This document shows positions 17,201 through 25,888 of a stretch of DNA of 64,000 bases, in pieces (the stretch's first letter is position 1; every line of letters starts with the position of its first letter). Position numbers and translations under genes: made by a program. A model generated the notes under the pieces. The model ran no database searches, had not been told where the DNA came from, and saw nothing but the letters and a program-made list of their open reading frames with translations. The DNA comes from Escherichia phage UGJNEcP1, in the sequence record OV754623; one strand, given 5' to 3'.

Positions 17201-17506
17201 TTATTTTCCTCGACATTCTTTAATGAAATTTTCTAGATTGGTAGATTCAATAGCTTTTTTACGAGCTTCTGCGTGTTCTTCTTCGGACAATTTACGTTTA
17301 TAATTGACCCAGACATTATGGTCGAAACCAGACGTGGCATATAATAACAAAGCTCCAACGAATAGCAAAAATGGTGATAAAAATATACAACCAGGAACAC
17401 CATCCATACTGTAAGCCTTTTGTAATACTGCAACAGAAAGAGTTGCGTAAAAAGGTGATGCAAGTATTGTTAAAAGACCAATTCGATTGGTTTCTGTTAA
17501 TTTCAT
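17201..17506 (-). CDS. small 2-TM membrane protein with C-terminal ENFIKECR motif
   Basis: Two hydrophobic segments then charged tail ending LENFIKECRGK. Confidence 0.55.
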   Translation of the reverse strand: MKLTETNRIGLLTILASPFYATLSVAVLQKAYSMDGVPGCIFLSPFLLFVGALLLYATSGFDHNVWVNYKRKLSEEEHAEARKKAIESTNLENFIKECRGK

Positions 17507-17527
17507 AATATTCTCCTCATGTTTTAA

Positions 17528-17564
17528 TAGGACTACTATAACATAGTCCTATCAGTTTGTACAC
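17528..17564 (-). promoter_or_regulatory. PeSL-type early promoter (variant -35)
   Basis: taggactactataacatagtcctatc hairpin cassette. Confidence 0.5.
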
Positions 17565-17783
17565 TTATTTTGACATTTCTTCGATGTCACGACGATACCC
17601 ATCACGAACTTCACGAAGAGCTTCAAGGCCACACATAGGCTCGATACCAGTAATGTGAACTTGATTAATCTGATACTCTACATCTTCTAACTGAGCGAAA
17701 ACATAACGACGTTCCGCTGCACAACCAGGTTTAGCTTTGCCGAAACGTTTATTCAAAGTAGTCATTTTTATATCTCCATTCAC
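17565..17783 (-). CDS. hypothetical protein (72 aa or shorter)
   Basis: ORF downstream of promoter 17795-17833. Confidence 0.45.
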   Translation of the reverse strand: MNGDIKMTTLNKRFGKAKPGCAAERRYVFAQLEDVEYQINQVHITGIEPMCGLEALREVRDGYRRDIEEMSK

Positions 17784-17794
17784 TCATTTGTTTT

Positions 17795-17833
17795 GATAGG
17801 TCTATAGTATCAACAACTACAGACCTTGTAAAC
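17795..17833 (-). promoter_or_regulatory. PeSL-type early promoter
   Basis: gataggtctatagtatc... + GTTTAC. Confidence 0.6.
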
Positions 17834-17845
17834 TGTTTTGTGAAA

Positions 17846-18802
17846 TTATTTGAAAGGTTTTACCATATGAAAGTTTTGTTTGAAACGCTTGACGTAATCG
17901 TCATGTCCTAAGCTTTGGTACATACTTACTACTTTGCTATAATTTTCCCAAGCGAACTCACGGAACCATCCTGATGTGATTGATGTACAGACCTTTTCAA
18001 GGGCCATCATAAAACTATCACGCGGATGGATTTTAAAGTCATTAGGAATCTGTGAACGTTCAAGAGCTAATACACAAGCTTCTTCATATACACCGGCTAA
18101 TTTAACCATTTCTGGTAATGATTCGAACTTCTCGCGTGAGGTCATGACTTCTGAGCCTTCTTTCATATAAAACTTATAAGCAGGCTGGTCAGTTAGTGCA
18201 ATGGCTTCATGGATAGTATCATGGTCATACGTATAGATGTCGTCTTTAAAGAATGCATTTTTAGTTGTGTCGAGAACCGGATGTGAGTAGTTCAGCACTT
18301 CTTTCTGGCGTTTCAGCATAATTTCAGTAAGTTCATCGTTCAGTGTAACACCTTTACCACGAAGATACTGAATATGGTTCATAGTCTTTAAAAAGAATGG
18401 ATTATTTTTCTTGAAACGATGAGACATCTTAATTGCAAGACATATCTCAGGAGTTGCCCAGTAAAACCCAGTCAAACGATCTTTAGTCAAATTTTTCTTG
18501 GTGTATTTTAAAAGGTCATAAGAAGACGTGAAATCTTCAGGAGTGAGTTCACCGACTAATTCACGGACATTAGTGATTGCCGGAACAATATATGCTTCAA
18601 AATGAGTTTCGCGTCCATTATGGAAGCATTTGAAAACTTGGACATCAGGGTTATCTTGGTGAACATATACACCCATCATTTGATTTTTGAATGCATTCCA
18701 AGAACCTTGGTCCGCAATAAAGTCCCAATCGCTATTTTTGATAGCGCTAGAATCAATAAGACCATGATAGTGAAGTGCACGAGAACCAATAACTAACATC
18801 AT
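17846..18802 (-). CDS. hypothetical protein (318 aa)
   Basis: Long ORF, no family recognised. Confidence 0.6.
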   Translation of the reverse strand: MMLVIGSRALHYHGLIDSSAIKNSDWDFIADQGSWNAFKNQMMGVYVHQDNPDVQVFKCFHNGRETHFEAYIVPAITNVRELVGELTPEDFTSSYDLLKYTKKNLTKDRLTGFYWATPEICLAIKMSHRFKKNNPFFLKTMNHIQYLRGKGVTLNDELTEIMLKRQKEVLNYSHPVLDTTKNAFFKDDIYTYDHDTIHEAIALTDQPAYKFYMKEGSEVMTSREKFESLPEMVKLAGVYEEACVLALERSQIPNDFKIHPRDSFMMALEKVCTSITSGWFREFAWENYSKVVSMYQSLGHDDYVKRFKQNFHMVKPFK

Positions 18803-18830
18803 AATATTTTCCTCGGATTAATTCATTAAC

Positions 18831-19082
18831 TTAAATTTCACGACATGCGATATCATATTCATCCCAGAGGTCATCATGTGAAGCCTCTACCAATGGAACG
18901 ATTGCACCGTTTATGTCTTCATTATAAGGGCAAATTGTACAGTGCGCATCTTCGAATCGGATGCCTTTGTGTTCAGATTTTTTATAACGCATATCGAATA
19001 TCTTTGCAAACTTTTCACGAGTAATAGTTTTAGCAACTACTTCGGTTCCGATACTTTCGTAATAAATCATTGTGGACTCCAT
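18831..19082 (-). CDS. hypothetical protein (83 aa)
   Basis: ORF directly downstream of promoter 19090-19128. Confidence 0.5.
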   Translation of the reverse strand: MESTMIYYESIGTEVVAKTITREKFAKIFDMRYKKSEHKGIRFEDAHCTICPYNEDINGAIVPLVEASHDDLWDEYDIACREI

Positions 19083-19089
19083 TTAATTT

Positions 19090-19128
19090 GATAGGACTAC
19101 TATAACATAGCCCTATCTTGTTGTAAAC
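19090..19128 (-). promoter_or_regulatory. PeSL-type early promoter
   Basis: gataggactactataacatagccctatc + GTTTAC. Confidence 0.6.
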
Positions 19129-19132
19129 TGTT

Positions 19133-19330
19133 TTAGCAAGAATAACTAGATGATACCCAGCCTTGAACAGTAATACTATTATTTGATAACGAGATTGCGT
19201 CCTGGAGATTCAGACCTGCGTTATCTTCAATCCACAATGTAACTTCTTCACGCTCTTCGGTTGCAATCTGGAACAGGTTTTCCAGAGCAGCTACTGCCGT
19301 ACGTACAGCACAATCTAATTCACGGGACAT
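19133..19330 (-). CDS. small protein, WVSSSxxC family member 3 (65 aa)
   Basis: Ends ...QGWVSSSYSC-stop; paralog of the two upstream genes. Confidence 0.55.
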   Translation of the reverse strand: MSRELDCAVRTAVAALENLFQIATEEREEVTLWIEDNAGLNLQDAISLSNNSITVQGWVSSSYSC

Positions 19331-19339
19331 ATGGTTTCC

Positions 19340-19612
19340 TTAGCAAGTGTGAGAAGATGCGACCCAACCACCAGTTTCGAGGCTCAGGTTGTAGTCATAT
19401 TGGTAAACGTCAGCCCATTCAGCATAGCCGTTTTTTGTACAACGTTCAAGATCGGCTTTAAGATGTCCGGGCGAATGATAGGTTCCACCCATACCATAAG
19501 CTGGATACAAGTCGAATGTTGTGTTTTGTTTATCAGCAATTTCTTTGGCAGCCTCAATAGCTGCATAGATTTTTGCTACAGCTTCAGCCAGTTCGGTTTG
19601 TTCTTTAGACAT
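19340..19612 (-). CDS. small protein, WVSSSxxC family member 2 (90 aa)
   Basis: Ends ...GGWVASSHTC-stop. Confidence 0.55.
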   Translation of the reverse strand: MSKEQTELAEAVAKIYAAIEAAKEIADKQNTTFDLYPAYGMGGTYHSPGHLKADLERCTKNGYAEWADVYQYDYNLSLETGGWVASSHTC

Positions 19613-19621
19613 AATGATTCC

Positions 19622-19927
19622 TTAGCACAACGCAGAAGACGAAACCCAAGCACCTTCAGTAATAACGTATCCATTACCTTCACGCTTAACATCGCCGCCA
19701 TTATTTTCAATTTCATCTTTCATCCACTGGGATACGATTTCACCCTTAGGATAATAAGTACGACCGCTACCATAATCACCTACAGAAAACGATACTGCAT
19801 ATTGGTCTGCGATCTTTGTTGCTTCTTCTTCGATACGTTCAGCTTGATTTAGAAGTTTATAAATTGCATCTGAAGCGGATTTGGCATCATTAAATTCTGG
19901 TACTTTAATTTCGATAATCTTACTCAT
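19622..19927 (-). CDS. small protein, WVSSSxxC family member 1 (101 aa)
   Basis: Ends ...GAWVSSSALC-stop; shares KIAD and YG.G.TY segments with member 2. Confidence 0.55.
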   Translation of the reverse strand: MSKIIEIKVPEFNDAKSASDAIYKLLNQAERIEEEATKIADQYAVSFSVGDYGSGRTYYPKGEIVSQWMKDEIENNGGDVKREGNGYVITEGAWVSSSALC

Positions 19928-20283
19928 TTTCTACATTCCTTAATAAAGTTTTCGATTGTTTCATTTTCACGTCTAGCTAAGAGTTCATTATAACTAATCA
20001 TTTGAGAAGCGTAAACCTTTTTATTTTTCTTGTTATGGTTTATAAAATCGTAGTAAAAATAGACTACAGTACAAAATGATGCGATGGATGCAAAGGCTTG
20101 GGTATACCGTAAGTCCTGCCATTGGTCTGTGAATCCACCGGTGTTCCCTATAAATCCTAACACAACGCCGTCAATAAGAAATCCAACTAATCCAAAGGCA
20201 AATCCCATGCCAATACTCATAATAAAAATTAAAATGTTCTCACCAAGAGAAGGCCGTACAGTTAAGAGTTGAGGCTTTTGCAT
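19924..20283 (-). CDS. membrane protein with C-terminal ENFIKECRK motif
   Basis: Multiple hydrophobic helices; ATGA overlap with downstream gene. Confidence 0.55.
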   Translation of the reverse strand: MQKPQLLTVRPSLGENILIFIMSIGMGFAFGLVGFLIDGVVLGFIGNTGGFTDQWQDLRYTQAFASIASFCTVVYFYYDFINHNKKNKKVYASQMISYNELLARRENETIENFIKECRK

Positions 20284-20657
20284 CTTATTTCCTTAACGAA
20301 TTCCATAGCTTCTTCATATTCATACTTTTTAACAGCTTCATCATACTGAGCTTGAGCTTTTGCGCACTGAACTTTCCATTCACGAACTCGAGCTCTGTGA
20401 TGACGGCCTTGGTGCCAATATCCTACCCAATTAATAGGCATTAATAAAAACGGTACAATAAGTGGTGCGACGAACATTAATGAAAACGCGGCAACAGACG
20501 ATATAACTTTATTGTAATCTAAAACAGCTCCTATAATCATAAAGATTAAAAATGCTAAAGCTAAAATAGGGCCAAATAGTACTTCATTTGGGATTAATTT
20601 ACGCTTGTATTCATATGCCCAGGGCTTACTTGGCATGTATAGGGTTGGCTTTGACAT
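20262..20657 (-). CDS. 2-TM membrane protein with related C-terminus (EFVKEIRC)
   Basis: Start placed at MSKPTLY (ATG 20655-20657) to avoid overlap with upstream gene. Confidence 0.5.
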   Translation of the reverse strand: MSKPTLYMPSKPWAYEYKRKLIPNEVLFGPILALAFLIFMIIGAVLDYNKVISSVAAFSLMFVAPLIVPFLLMPINWVGYWHQGRHHRARVREWKVQCAKAQAQYDEAVKKYEYEEAMEFVKEIRCKSLNS

Positions 20658-21249
20658 ATTCTCTACATTCCATAATAAATTGCTCAAGGATTAAATTGTT
20701 AGTGAAATTAGGACTAACAACCATGGTTTCATAAAGCGCATCAATAGCACTTAAAGCATCAACTCTTTTAAGCAAAGGCTTGCCTTCATACATAGTTTCA
20801 GAATCGACGATTAACGTAAAGTAATATTTTTTATTATCGACTAGAACTTCAGTATCGATATAAAACATGTTAGACCTCAGAAGCTTATCTCTAAAACCAT
20901 AATAATCTTCTGAACGTTCGCTGATATATTCCCATTCAGTGTTTAAACAACAAACAGACCACGTAGGAGCAACGAAATTAGTGAATCTAATATCATGATC
21001 TGCAACTAGTTTAGCAATAGCTCCGATATCATGAATCATAATACCCGGGGCTAATAAAGATTTTCTGCTATGGCTAGCCGTTTTCTCAGTAGTCTCATAA
21101 GAAGACGACCAGTACCATTTACGTCCAGTTGCAACATATCGTAATGAATCAACTAAAGACGTAGGTGGATTTACCTTATCTCGGAACTCTTCGAACATTG
21201 AGTCAATATCATTATTTTGGTTTCGCATGTTAACTCCTTTATTATCCAA
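20626..21249 (-). CDS. hypothetical soluble protein (207 aa) with C-terminal EQFIMECRE motif
   Basis: ORF; motif near C-terminus. Confidence 0.55.
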   Translation of the reverse strand: MDNKGVNMRNQNNDIDSMFEEFRDKVNPPTSLVDSLRYVATGRKWYWSSSYETTEKTASHSRKSLLAPGIMIHDIGAIAKLVADHDIRFTNFVAPTWSVCCLNTEWEYISERSEDYYGFRDKLLRSNMFYIDTEVLVDNKKYYFTLIVDSETMYEGKPLLKRVDALSAIDALYETMVVSPNFTNNLILEQFIMECREYVKANPIHAK

Positions 21250-21277
21250 AAGGAGGACCGGAGTCCTCCGTATTATT

Positions 21278-21886
21278 TTATTTCAAAGAGTTAATATATT
21301 CTTGTACATCAGCAGAAGTGGTTTCGACACCGGCTGGAGTGCCATTGAACGTTTCAACACGAGTCAGAGTGTCTTCGATATCAACCTTAGTTAGTGCAGC
21401 AATTTCAATCACATCATCGGCCGTAGAGATACCAAGAGCATTAGCTGCTCGAGTTTCACGAATGTATTCGAGTTTGATTGCCAGATTCTGACGAGCATCA
21501 TCAAGTTCAACCACCTTACGAGCAATTTCAATTCGCATAGCGGCATACCCGTCAGCTTTTGTATTAAGTTGTTCGGCAGTTCGACGATACAGAAGACCAA
21601 GCTTAGCATGCATGGTAACATCTTGTCCTTCAGCCAGGAGCTTACGAATTTCACGTTCCTTAGAAGCGGCTTGCTTATTCTTTTCAATAACAAGTTCGCG
21701 AATACGTTTTTCTTCATTAATAGATTTAACAGAAGCCGTTTTTAGTTCTTTGATTTGGGTAATCAACTTATCTGCAGCTGCGTTATACTGTTCTTCGACA
21801 GTCAGATTTTTAGCCATAGCAGTACCCAGTTTAGTGCGGATGAATTCAACAAGTTTCTTCAGTGTGTTCATATTATTACCTTTCAA
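21278..21886 (-). CDS. coiled-coil protein (202 aa)
   Basis: Heptad-rich sequence; no confident family. Confidence 0.5.
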   Translation of the reverse strand: MKGNNMNTLKKLVEFIRTKLGTAMAKNLTVEEQYNAAADKLITQIKELKTASVKSINEEKRIRELVIEKNKQAASKEREIRKLLAEGQDVTMHAKLGLLYRRTAEQLNTKADGYAAMRIEIARKVVELDDARQNLAIKLEYIRETRAANALGISTADDVIEIAALTKVDIEDTLTRVETFNGTPAGVETTSADVQEYINSLK

Positions 21887-21941
21887 TTGGTGGTTTATTA
21901 TCCAACGAGAGCATTATACTCTGCTCTCAAGAGTTTGTAAA

Positions 21942-22169
21942 TTATTTTTTAATCAAATTGACATAAAACTTGGCGTCTTCGGGGTGCATGCCTTCGCAGT
22001 ATTCTTCAACCATGAACTTCTTAATAGCTTCATAAGGACCGCTCAGATTAAGCTCAGTTGTCCAGAACTTGGAATCTTGGGCCGAATCAATACGAACTTC
22101 AGGGTGACGGTTGCGAATAACTTCTTCGGTGTATTCATAATCAACGACATCAATACTAACTTTAGCCAT
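21942..22169 (-). CDS. hypothetical protein (75 aa)
   Basis: ORF downstream of promoter 22194-22227. Confidence 0.5.
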   Translation of the reverse strand: MAKVSIDVVDYEYTEEVIRNRHPEVRIDSAQDSKFWTTELNLSGPYEAIKKFMVEEYCEGMHPEDAKFYVNLIKK

Positions 22170-22193
22170 TTTATATTCCTCTTGATTTGATGT

Positions 22194-22227
22194 GATTACT
22201 ATAACATAAACTTACTTAGATGTAAAT
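22194..22227 (-). promoter_or_regulatory. early promoter-like element (-35 ATTTAC)
   Basis: TATAGT-type -10 and near-consensus -35. Confidence 0.45.
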
Positions 22228-22380
22228 TATTTCAACGTCACCTTTAGCCGCTTTATAACCTTCAGCCCAAGATACAACAGAGTTTTTATCCGAGGATTCA
22301 AATTCAGGCATTGGACTTTCACCAATATTCACACAGTATGTTTCTTCATTTTCATCGAACCAAATAATTAAAGTAGTCAT
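22216..22380 (-). CDS. small hypothetical protein (54 aa), not in ORF track
   Basis: ATG at 22378-22380 behind a promoter/leader cassette near-identical to the one at 58621-58680. Confidence 0.4.
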   Translation of the reverse strand: MTTLIIWFDENEETYCVNIGESPMPEFESSDKNSVVSWAEGYKAAKGDVEIIYI

Positions 22381-22401
22381 TTTGTTTACTCCACTGTAGT
22401 T

Positions 22402-22440
22402 GATAAGTCTATAGTATCACCGTCCTTGGTGCTTGTACAT
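22402..22440 (-). promoter_or_regulatory. PeSL-type early promoter/leader cassette (copy A)
   Basis: Near-identical over ~40 nt to 58621-58660. Confidence 0.55.
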
Positions 22441-22448
22441 CATTATTT

Positions 22449-22754
22449 TTAATTTTTCCAACTTAACAACTTGTAGTGTCCTTCATTCATACGTGGTTTA
22501 TCCCAAGAAATACTAATATATGATTCGTTGTCAATAGAAGTCGCCGGGTTTTTCTCTACCGTAAGACCTTCACTTTCCAGCCATTCAATAGTATTTGCGC
22601 ATAAATCAGAAGAACACCTCATCGGGAACCGGCAAGATTTTTCACCTTTAGCTGCAGTGTTATACATCTTTTCTAAAATACGCTTTTGCACGTTTTTAAA
22701 AATAGTTTCAGCAGATTCTTCAGATTTTTTATTCAGTTCAGTGTAAAGACTCAT
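22449..22754 (-). CDS. hypothetical protein (101 aa)
   Basis: ORF downstream of promoter 22776-22811. Confidence 0.5.
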   Translation of the reverse strand: MSLYTELNKKSEESAETIFKNVQKRILEKMYNTAAKGEKSCRFPMRCSSDLCANTIEWLESEGLTVEKNPATSIDNESYISISWDKPRMNEGHYKLLSWKN

Positions 22755-22775
22755 AATATTTTCCTCATGTTTTTA

Positions 22776-22811
22776 TAGGTCTATAGTAACACATCTAGGG
22801 AAGAAGTAAAC
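22776..22811 (-). promoter_or_regulatory. PeSL-type early promoter
   Basis: ataggtctatagtaacac... + GTTTAC. Confidence 0.6.
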
Positions 22812-22834
22812 AACTTTTTCAGTAAGTTATAGAC

Positions 22835-22858
22835 CCCCTAAAGGGGACCGAAGTCCCC
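22835..22858 (-). terminator. hairpin terminator (GGGGAC-TTCG-GTCCCC)
   Basis: GC stem-loop downstream of 22864..23490. Confidence 0.45.
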
Positions 22859-22863
22859 ATTCT

Positions 22864-23490
22864 TTACTTACGAGTTTTTGCATACTGAGCAGCGTCAGCA
22901 GCCAAACGACCTGCCTGACGAAGTTTTTCTTTAATCGCATCGTGAAGTGGTTGAGTATACTTCAAACCTTCGATAGTCAAATAAAGACGATAAAGGTCTG
23001 GGGTATCAAGGTTGTTGATATGTTGGCCATTACGAAGACTGTTGAATTCACGAACGAGTGAAGATGTATCGGATTCAATATCACGAACAAGCGAAGATAG
23101 TTGTTTATATTTTTTTTCCAGGCTAGAAGTATCAAACTTAAGAGAAGGAGCTTTAGGAGTTGCTTTTACTTCCGGCTTAGGCTCAGGTTTTGCTATTGCT
23201 TTAGGGGTCGCAGGTTTAGGAACGGTAGGAGCAGGTTTTACTTTAGGCGAACCCGATTTAGCAGAAACACCGCCACTAACAATATCTTTGAATGCTTTAG
23301 AAGCTCTGTAATATTCTTTTTGGCTGGAAGTGTCGATACCATACATGGCTTGAACGTTTTTGAAAAACTCTGTACTAGTTTTTGTACCAGAAATAGCATC
23401 GTAAGCAGCTTGCCATTTCTCTTTTGTCATACGTACACCGGCTTCGGTGATTACTTCCGTTTCGGCTAAAAATTCATTAAAAGTATACAT
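22864..23490 (-). CDS. internal-protein-like (leader MYTFNEFLAE; Lys/Pro/Ala-rich linker)
   Basis: Capsid-targeting-like leader; late promoter TATAAATA at 23527-23534 (minus) upstream. Confidence 0.6.
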   Translation of the reverse strand: MYTFNEFLAETEVITEAGVRMTKEKWQAAYDAISGTKTSTEFFKNVQAMYGIDTSSQKEYYRASKAFKDIVSGGVSAKSGSPKVKPAPTVPKPATPKAIAKPEPKPEVKATPKAPSLKFDTSSLEKKYKQLSSLVRDIESDTSSLVREFNSLRNGQHINNLDTPDLYRLYLTIEGLKYTQPLHDAIKEKLRQAGRLAADAAQYAKTRK

Positions 23491-23526
23491 TGATGGTCCT
23501 TAGAAAGTAGGTTTATTGTTTACTAT

Positions 23527-23534
23527 ATTTATAC
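23527..23534 (-). promoter_or_regulatory. late promoter TATAAATA
   Basis: Exact late-promoter octamer on minus strand upstream of internal-protein-like gene, just after a terminator. Confidence 0.55.
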
Positions 23535-23563
23535 AAAAAAGCCCCAACCTTTCGGAAGGGGCT
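23535..23563 (-). terminator. rho-independent terminator
   Basis: AGCCCC...GGGGCT stem + TTTTTTG on minus strand; same stem family as 7427-7454. Confidence 0.6.
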
Positions 23564-23606
23564 ATATACCTTGTCGGGGTTTCCACCTACTAAGGCAAGT
23601 GTTTGT

Positions 23607-23698
23607 ACGAAACGCCGGGATTCGAACCCGGTTATTAAGCAGTTGACGCTACTCAATATTTTTAAAAGGCCATATCTTGACCATATCCGAACGTTCCG
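23607..23698 (-). ncRNA. tRNA-like element / possible stable RNA (T-arm GGTTCGAATCC with 7-bp acceptor-like stem)
   Basis: Minus-strand CCGGGTTCGAATCCCGG T-arm and complementary CGGAACG/CGTTTCG ends, but ~92 nt and no clean anticodon arm. Confidence 0.3.
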
Positions 23699-23866
23699 TC
23701 AAAAACGCTACTCGGCTTACGGCAAAGATATTTCCTCGAATCGATAATTCTGTGCGCCGTTTCTGCTGTGATGTAAGGGGATATTAACAAATCATAAAGA
23801 TTTATTAAGACCAGTCCTTACTCAGGGAACATCAGTCCGACGACTTGCCGGTAGCGACCCGGCTTC

Positions 23867-24211
23867 TTATTTTGGCATATCATCAATTTGTTCTCTACGT
23901 CTACGCCATAGATTAATTACTTCATCAACACATTCAGCATTTGGTATATGACGACAATAGTATAGTGATTCGCGTTTCTGGAACCGATGTTGTAATGGGA
24001 TTTCGTTTAAAAGGTCTTTACGGTCAAAGTATTCAAAACTAGTTAACCCAGAACGGTTTTTAATGAACTTCCAATGACCAAATTCATTTTGAACATAGAC
24101 GTAATCGGCATGCTGATACAGCGAATTAATTAACCTATCGGAAATAACTGTTTCACGTTCGTTAAAATAAAACGTTAAATCATGAACTACCAGATAAACA
24201 TTGCCTTTCAT
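23867..24211 (-). CDS. hypothetical protein (114 aa)
   Basis: Start moved to ATG 24209-24211 (GAGGAAAA Shine-Dalgarno); longer track ORF would overlap tRNA-Arg. Confidence 0.55.
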   Translation of the reverse strand: MKGNVYLVVHDLTFYFNERETVISDRLINSLYQHADYVYVQNEFGHWKFIKNRSGLTSFEYFDRKDLLNEIPLQHRFQKRESLYYCRHIPNAECVDEVINLWRRRREQIDDMPK

Positions 24212-24229
24212 ATTTTCCTCACTTAAAGT

Positions 24230-24306
<77 letters not shown>

Positions 24307-24309
24307 GAT

Positions 24310-24384
24310 TGGTGACCCTGGCTGGTTTCGATCCAGCTACCTATCAGTTATGAGCTGACAGCTCTCCCATTGAGCTACAGGGCC
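24310..24384 (-). tRNA. tRNA with CAU anticodon (Ile-lysidine type or Met), CCA encoded
   Basis: Acceptor GGCCCTG/CAGGGTC, D-stem GCTC/GAGC, anticodon loop CTCATAA, T-stem GCTGG/CCAGC; 3 nt from tRNA-Arg. Confidence 0.75.
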
Positions 24385-24463
24385 TAAATAACTTTCTATT
24401 ATGAAAGGCACTTTAGAGCACCTTTGGTAATAGAGGGTATGAATTAATAATAACACATAATTC

Positions 24464-24979
24464 TTAAAGCAAATCAATCATTTTAACAGTCGGCAAAACA
24501 ATTTCTTCTTCAATATAAGCGAATTCAACACGTTCAACTACACGCAAGAAATCATAGTCGTAGTATTCAGAAGCATAGCCAAGAATATCAATAAGGCCTT
24601 GGGATATCTCATCGCCTTTCACAAAGAACAGGTCGAATACACGCGATTCGTCTTCTTCAGATTTATTACCAAGGTCGACTTCAATATCAAAGACCTTTTT
24701 AATGAATTCTGGATAAAGCTGGTCTGAGAACAGTCCTTCAACCAAGTATTCATAGATTAAAAGCGAGCAATCACTGAATGGTGTATTACCACAGTAACGT
24801 TCAGCTTTAGTGCTAGAATGACGACTCTTAAATTTCTTCAAGAGATATTTAAACTGTTGGAGCTCATGCTCTTCCACTTCAAACAATGTTTTGGTTTTAT
24901 AGTTGTCACCATCATTTTCATAGGTAGTGACATCAATTACGTAACCCTTAGGAATTGTACTGCCTAAACAAATATTCAT
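24464..24979 (-). CDS. hypothetical acidic protein (171 aa)
   Basis: ORF upstream of tRNA pair; no GIY-YIG or HNH motifs seen. Confidence 0.55.
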   Translation of the reverse strand: MNICLGSTIPKGYVIDVTTYENDGDNYKTKTLFEVEEHELQQFKYLLKKFKSRHSSTKAERYCGNTPFSDCSLLIYEYLVEGLFSDQLYPEFIKKVFDIEVDLGNKSEEDESRVFDLFFVKGDEISQGLIDILGYASEYYDYDFLRVVERVEFAYIEEEIVLPTVKMIDLL

Positions 24980-24983
24980 TTAC

Positions 24984-25274
24984 TCACCGTACCATATTAA
25001 TGTAATTATATTCAATGCAACGTAATTTCAAAGGATTCTTGAAAATATCATATTCAAGAGGACCTTTTTCTGTTTCAATAAAGAAATCAAAGTTCACACT
25101 ATTAAATTTGCGGTCTTCCCAAAGTAATTTAACCTGTGAAGATGAACGGTCGATGTAAACCTTTTCAACTTCAAAGTGGGTCAAAATACCATAGTAATCG
25201 ACTAGTGCTTTAGCTGCAGCTCGGTCGCTTTCATATCCATTCTCAACGGATTTTACCTTAGCATAAAGAATCAT
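24984..25274 (-). CDS. hypothetical protein (96 aa)
   Basis: ORF, ATGA overlap. Confidence 0.5.
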   Translation of the reverse strand: MILYAKVKSVENGYESDRAAAKALVDYYGILTHFEVEKVYIDRSSSQVKLLWEDRKFNSVNFDFFIETEKGPLEYDIFKNPLKLRCIEYNYINMVR

Positions 25275-25651
25275 GAATGTTCCACCATTTCAAAGGTATG
25301 AGCATCAACAATATGATACCAGTCAAAATTTTCTTCTGCGTTTTTATAAATTTCGCGAAGAGCCTCAACAGTTTTTCCTGTAGCAACAAGGTCGTCAATA
25401 CCACCAAGAGGATAACAGTCATAACCAGCAAACAGAAGGAAATTAATAGTTTCTGTAGGTTCTGGATGCAGAACTCCGTTATCGTCTACCACTTCAAAGA
25501 AAGTGTAAGAAGGAGTACAAGTTTTAATCCAGGCCCATGCTTGAGCTGCTGAATCAAATGGATTACGGAATAAACGACAATCCGGGTCTTTAGAAGGATT
25601 TGCTTCAAAATCAGCATATACGTGATATTTCATTTTACTCACCTTTTGCAA
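25271..25651 (-). CDS. hypothetical protein (126 aa)
   Basis: ORF on coding strand. Confidence 0.5.
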   Translation of the reverse strand: MQKVSKMKYHVYADFEANPSKDPDCRLFRNPFDSAAQAWAWIKTCTPSYTFFEVVDDNGVLHPEPTETINFLLFAGYDCYPLGGIDDLVATGKTVEALREIYKNAEENFDWYHIVDAHTFEMVEHS

Positions 25652-25832
25652 TTTTATCCATAACGATAGCGATTAAGCCGATTAGAAATGCTACTACCAA
25701 TGAGATAGAGTTTTCAGTTGTTGTCAGTAGTCCACAAATGAATCCTACAAACATCGAAAAACTAAAAGCCATTGAAGCAATTACTACAGCAACATTACGA
25801 ATCAGTTCAGCGCGTTTCATTTTATTCTCCAT
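25635..25832 (-). CDS. small membrane protein (65 aa)
   Basis: Two hydrophobic helices; promoter 25848-25886 upstream. Confidence 0.5.
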   Translation of the reverse strand: MENKMKRAELIRNVAVVIASMAFSFSMFVGFICGLLTTTENSISLVVAFLIGLIAIVMDKIAKGE

Positions 25833-25847
25833 TTACTCATTTGTTTT

Positions 25848-25886
25848 GATAGGACTACTATAATATAATCCTATCAGCATGTAAAC
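25848..25886 (-). promoter_or_regulatory. PeSL-type early promoter
   Basis: gataggactactataatataatcctatc hairpin + GTTTAC. Confidence 0.6.
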
Positions 25887-25888
25887 TA

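Noticed and set aside
21278-21886. PspA/IM30-like assignment for the 202-aa coiled-coil protein
   Set aside because: Resemblance is limited to heptad periodicity; no conserved PspA segments could be aligned by eye.
23607-23698. Calling the T-arm-containing segment a canonical tRNA with a named anticodon
   Set aside because: I could not fold a convincing D-arm or anticodon arm by hand, the length is ~92 nt, and no CCA is encoded. Kept only as a low-confidence tRNA-like element.
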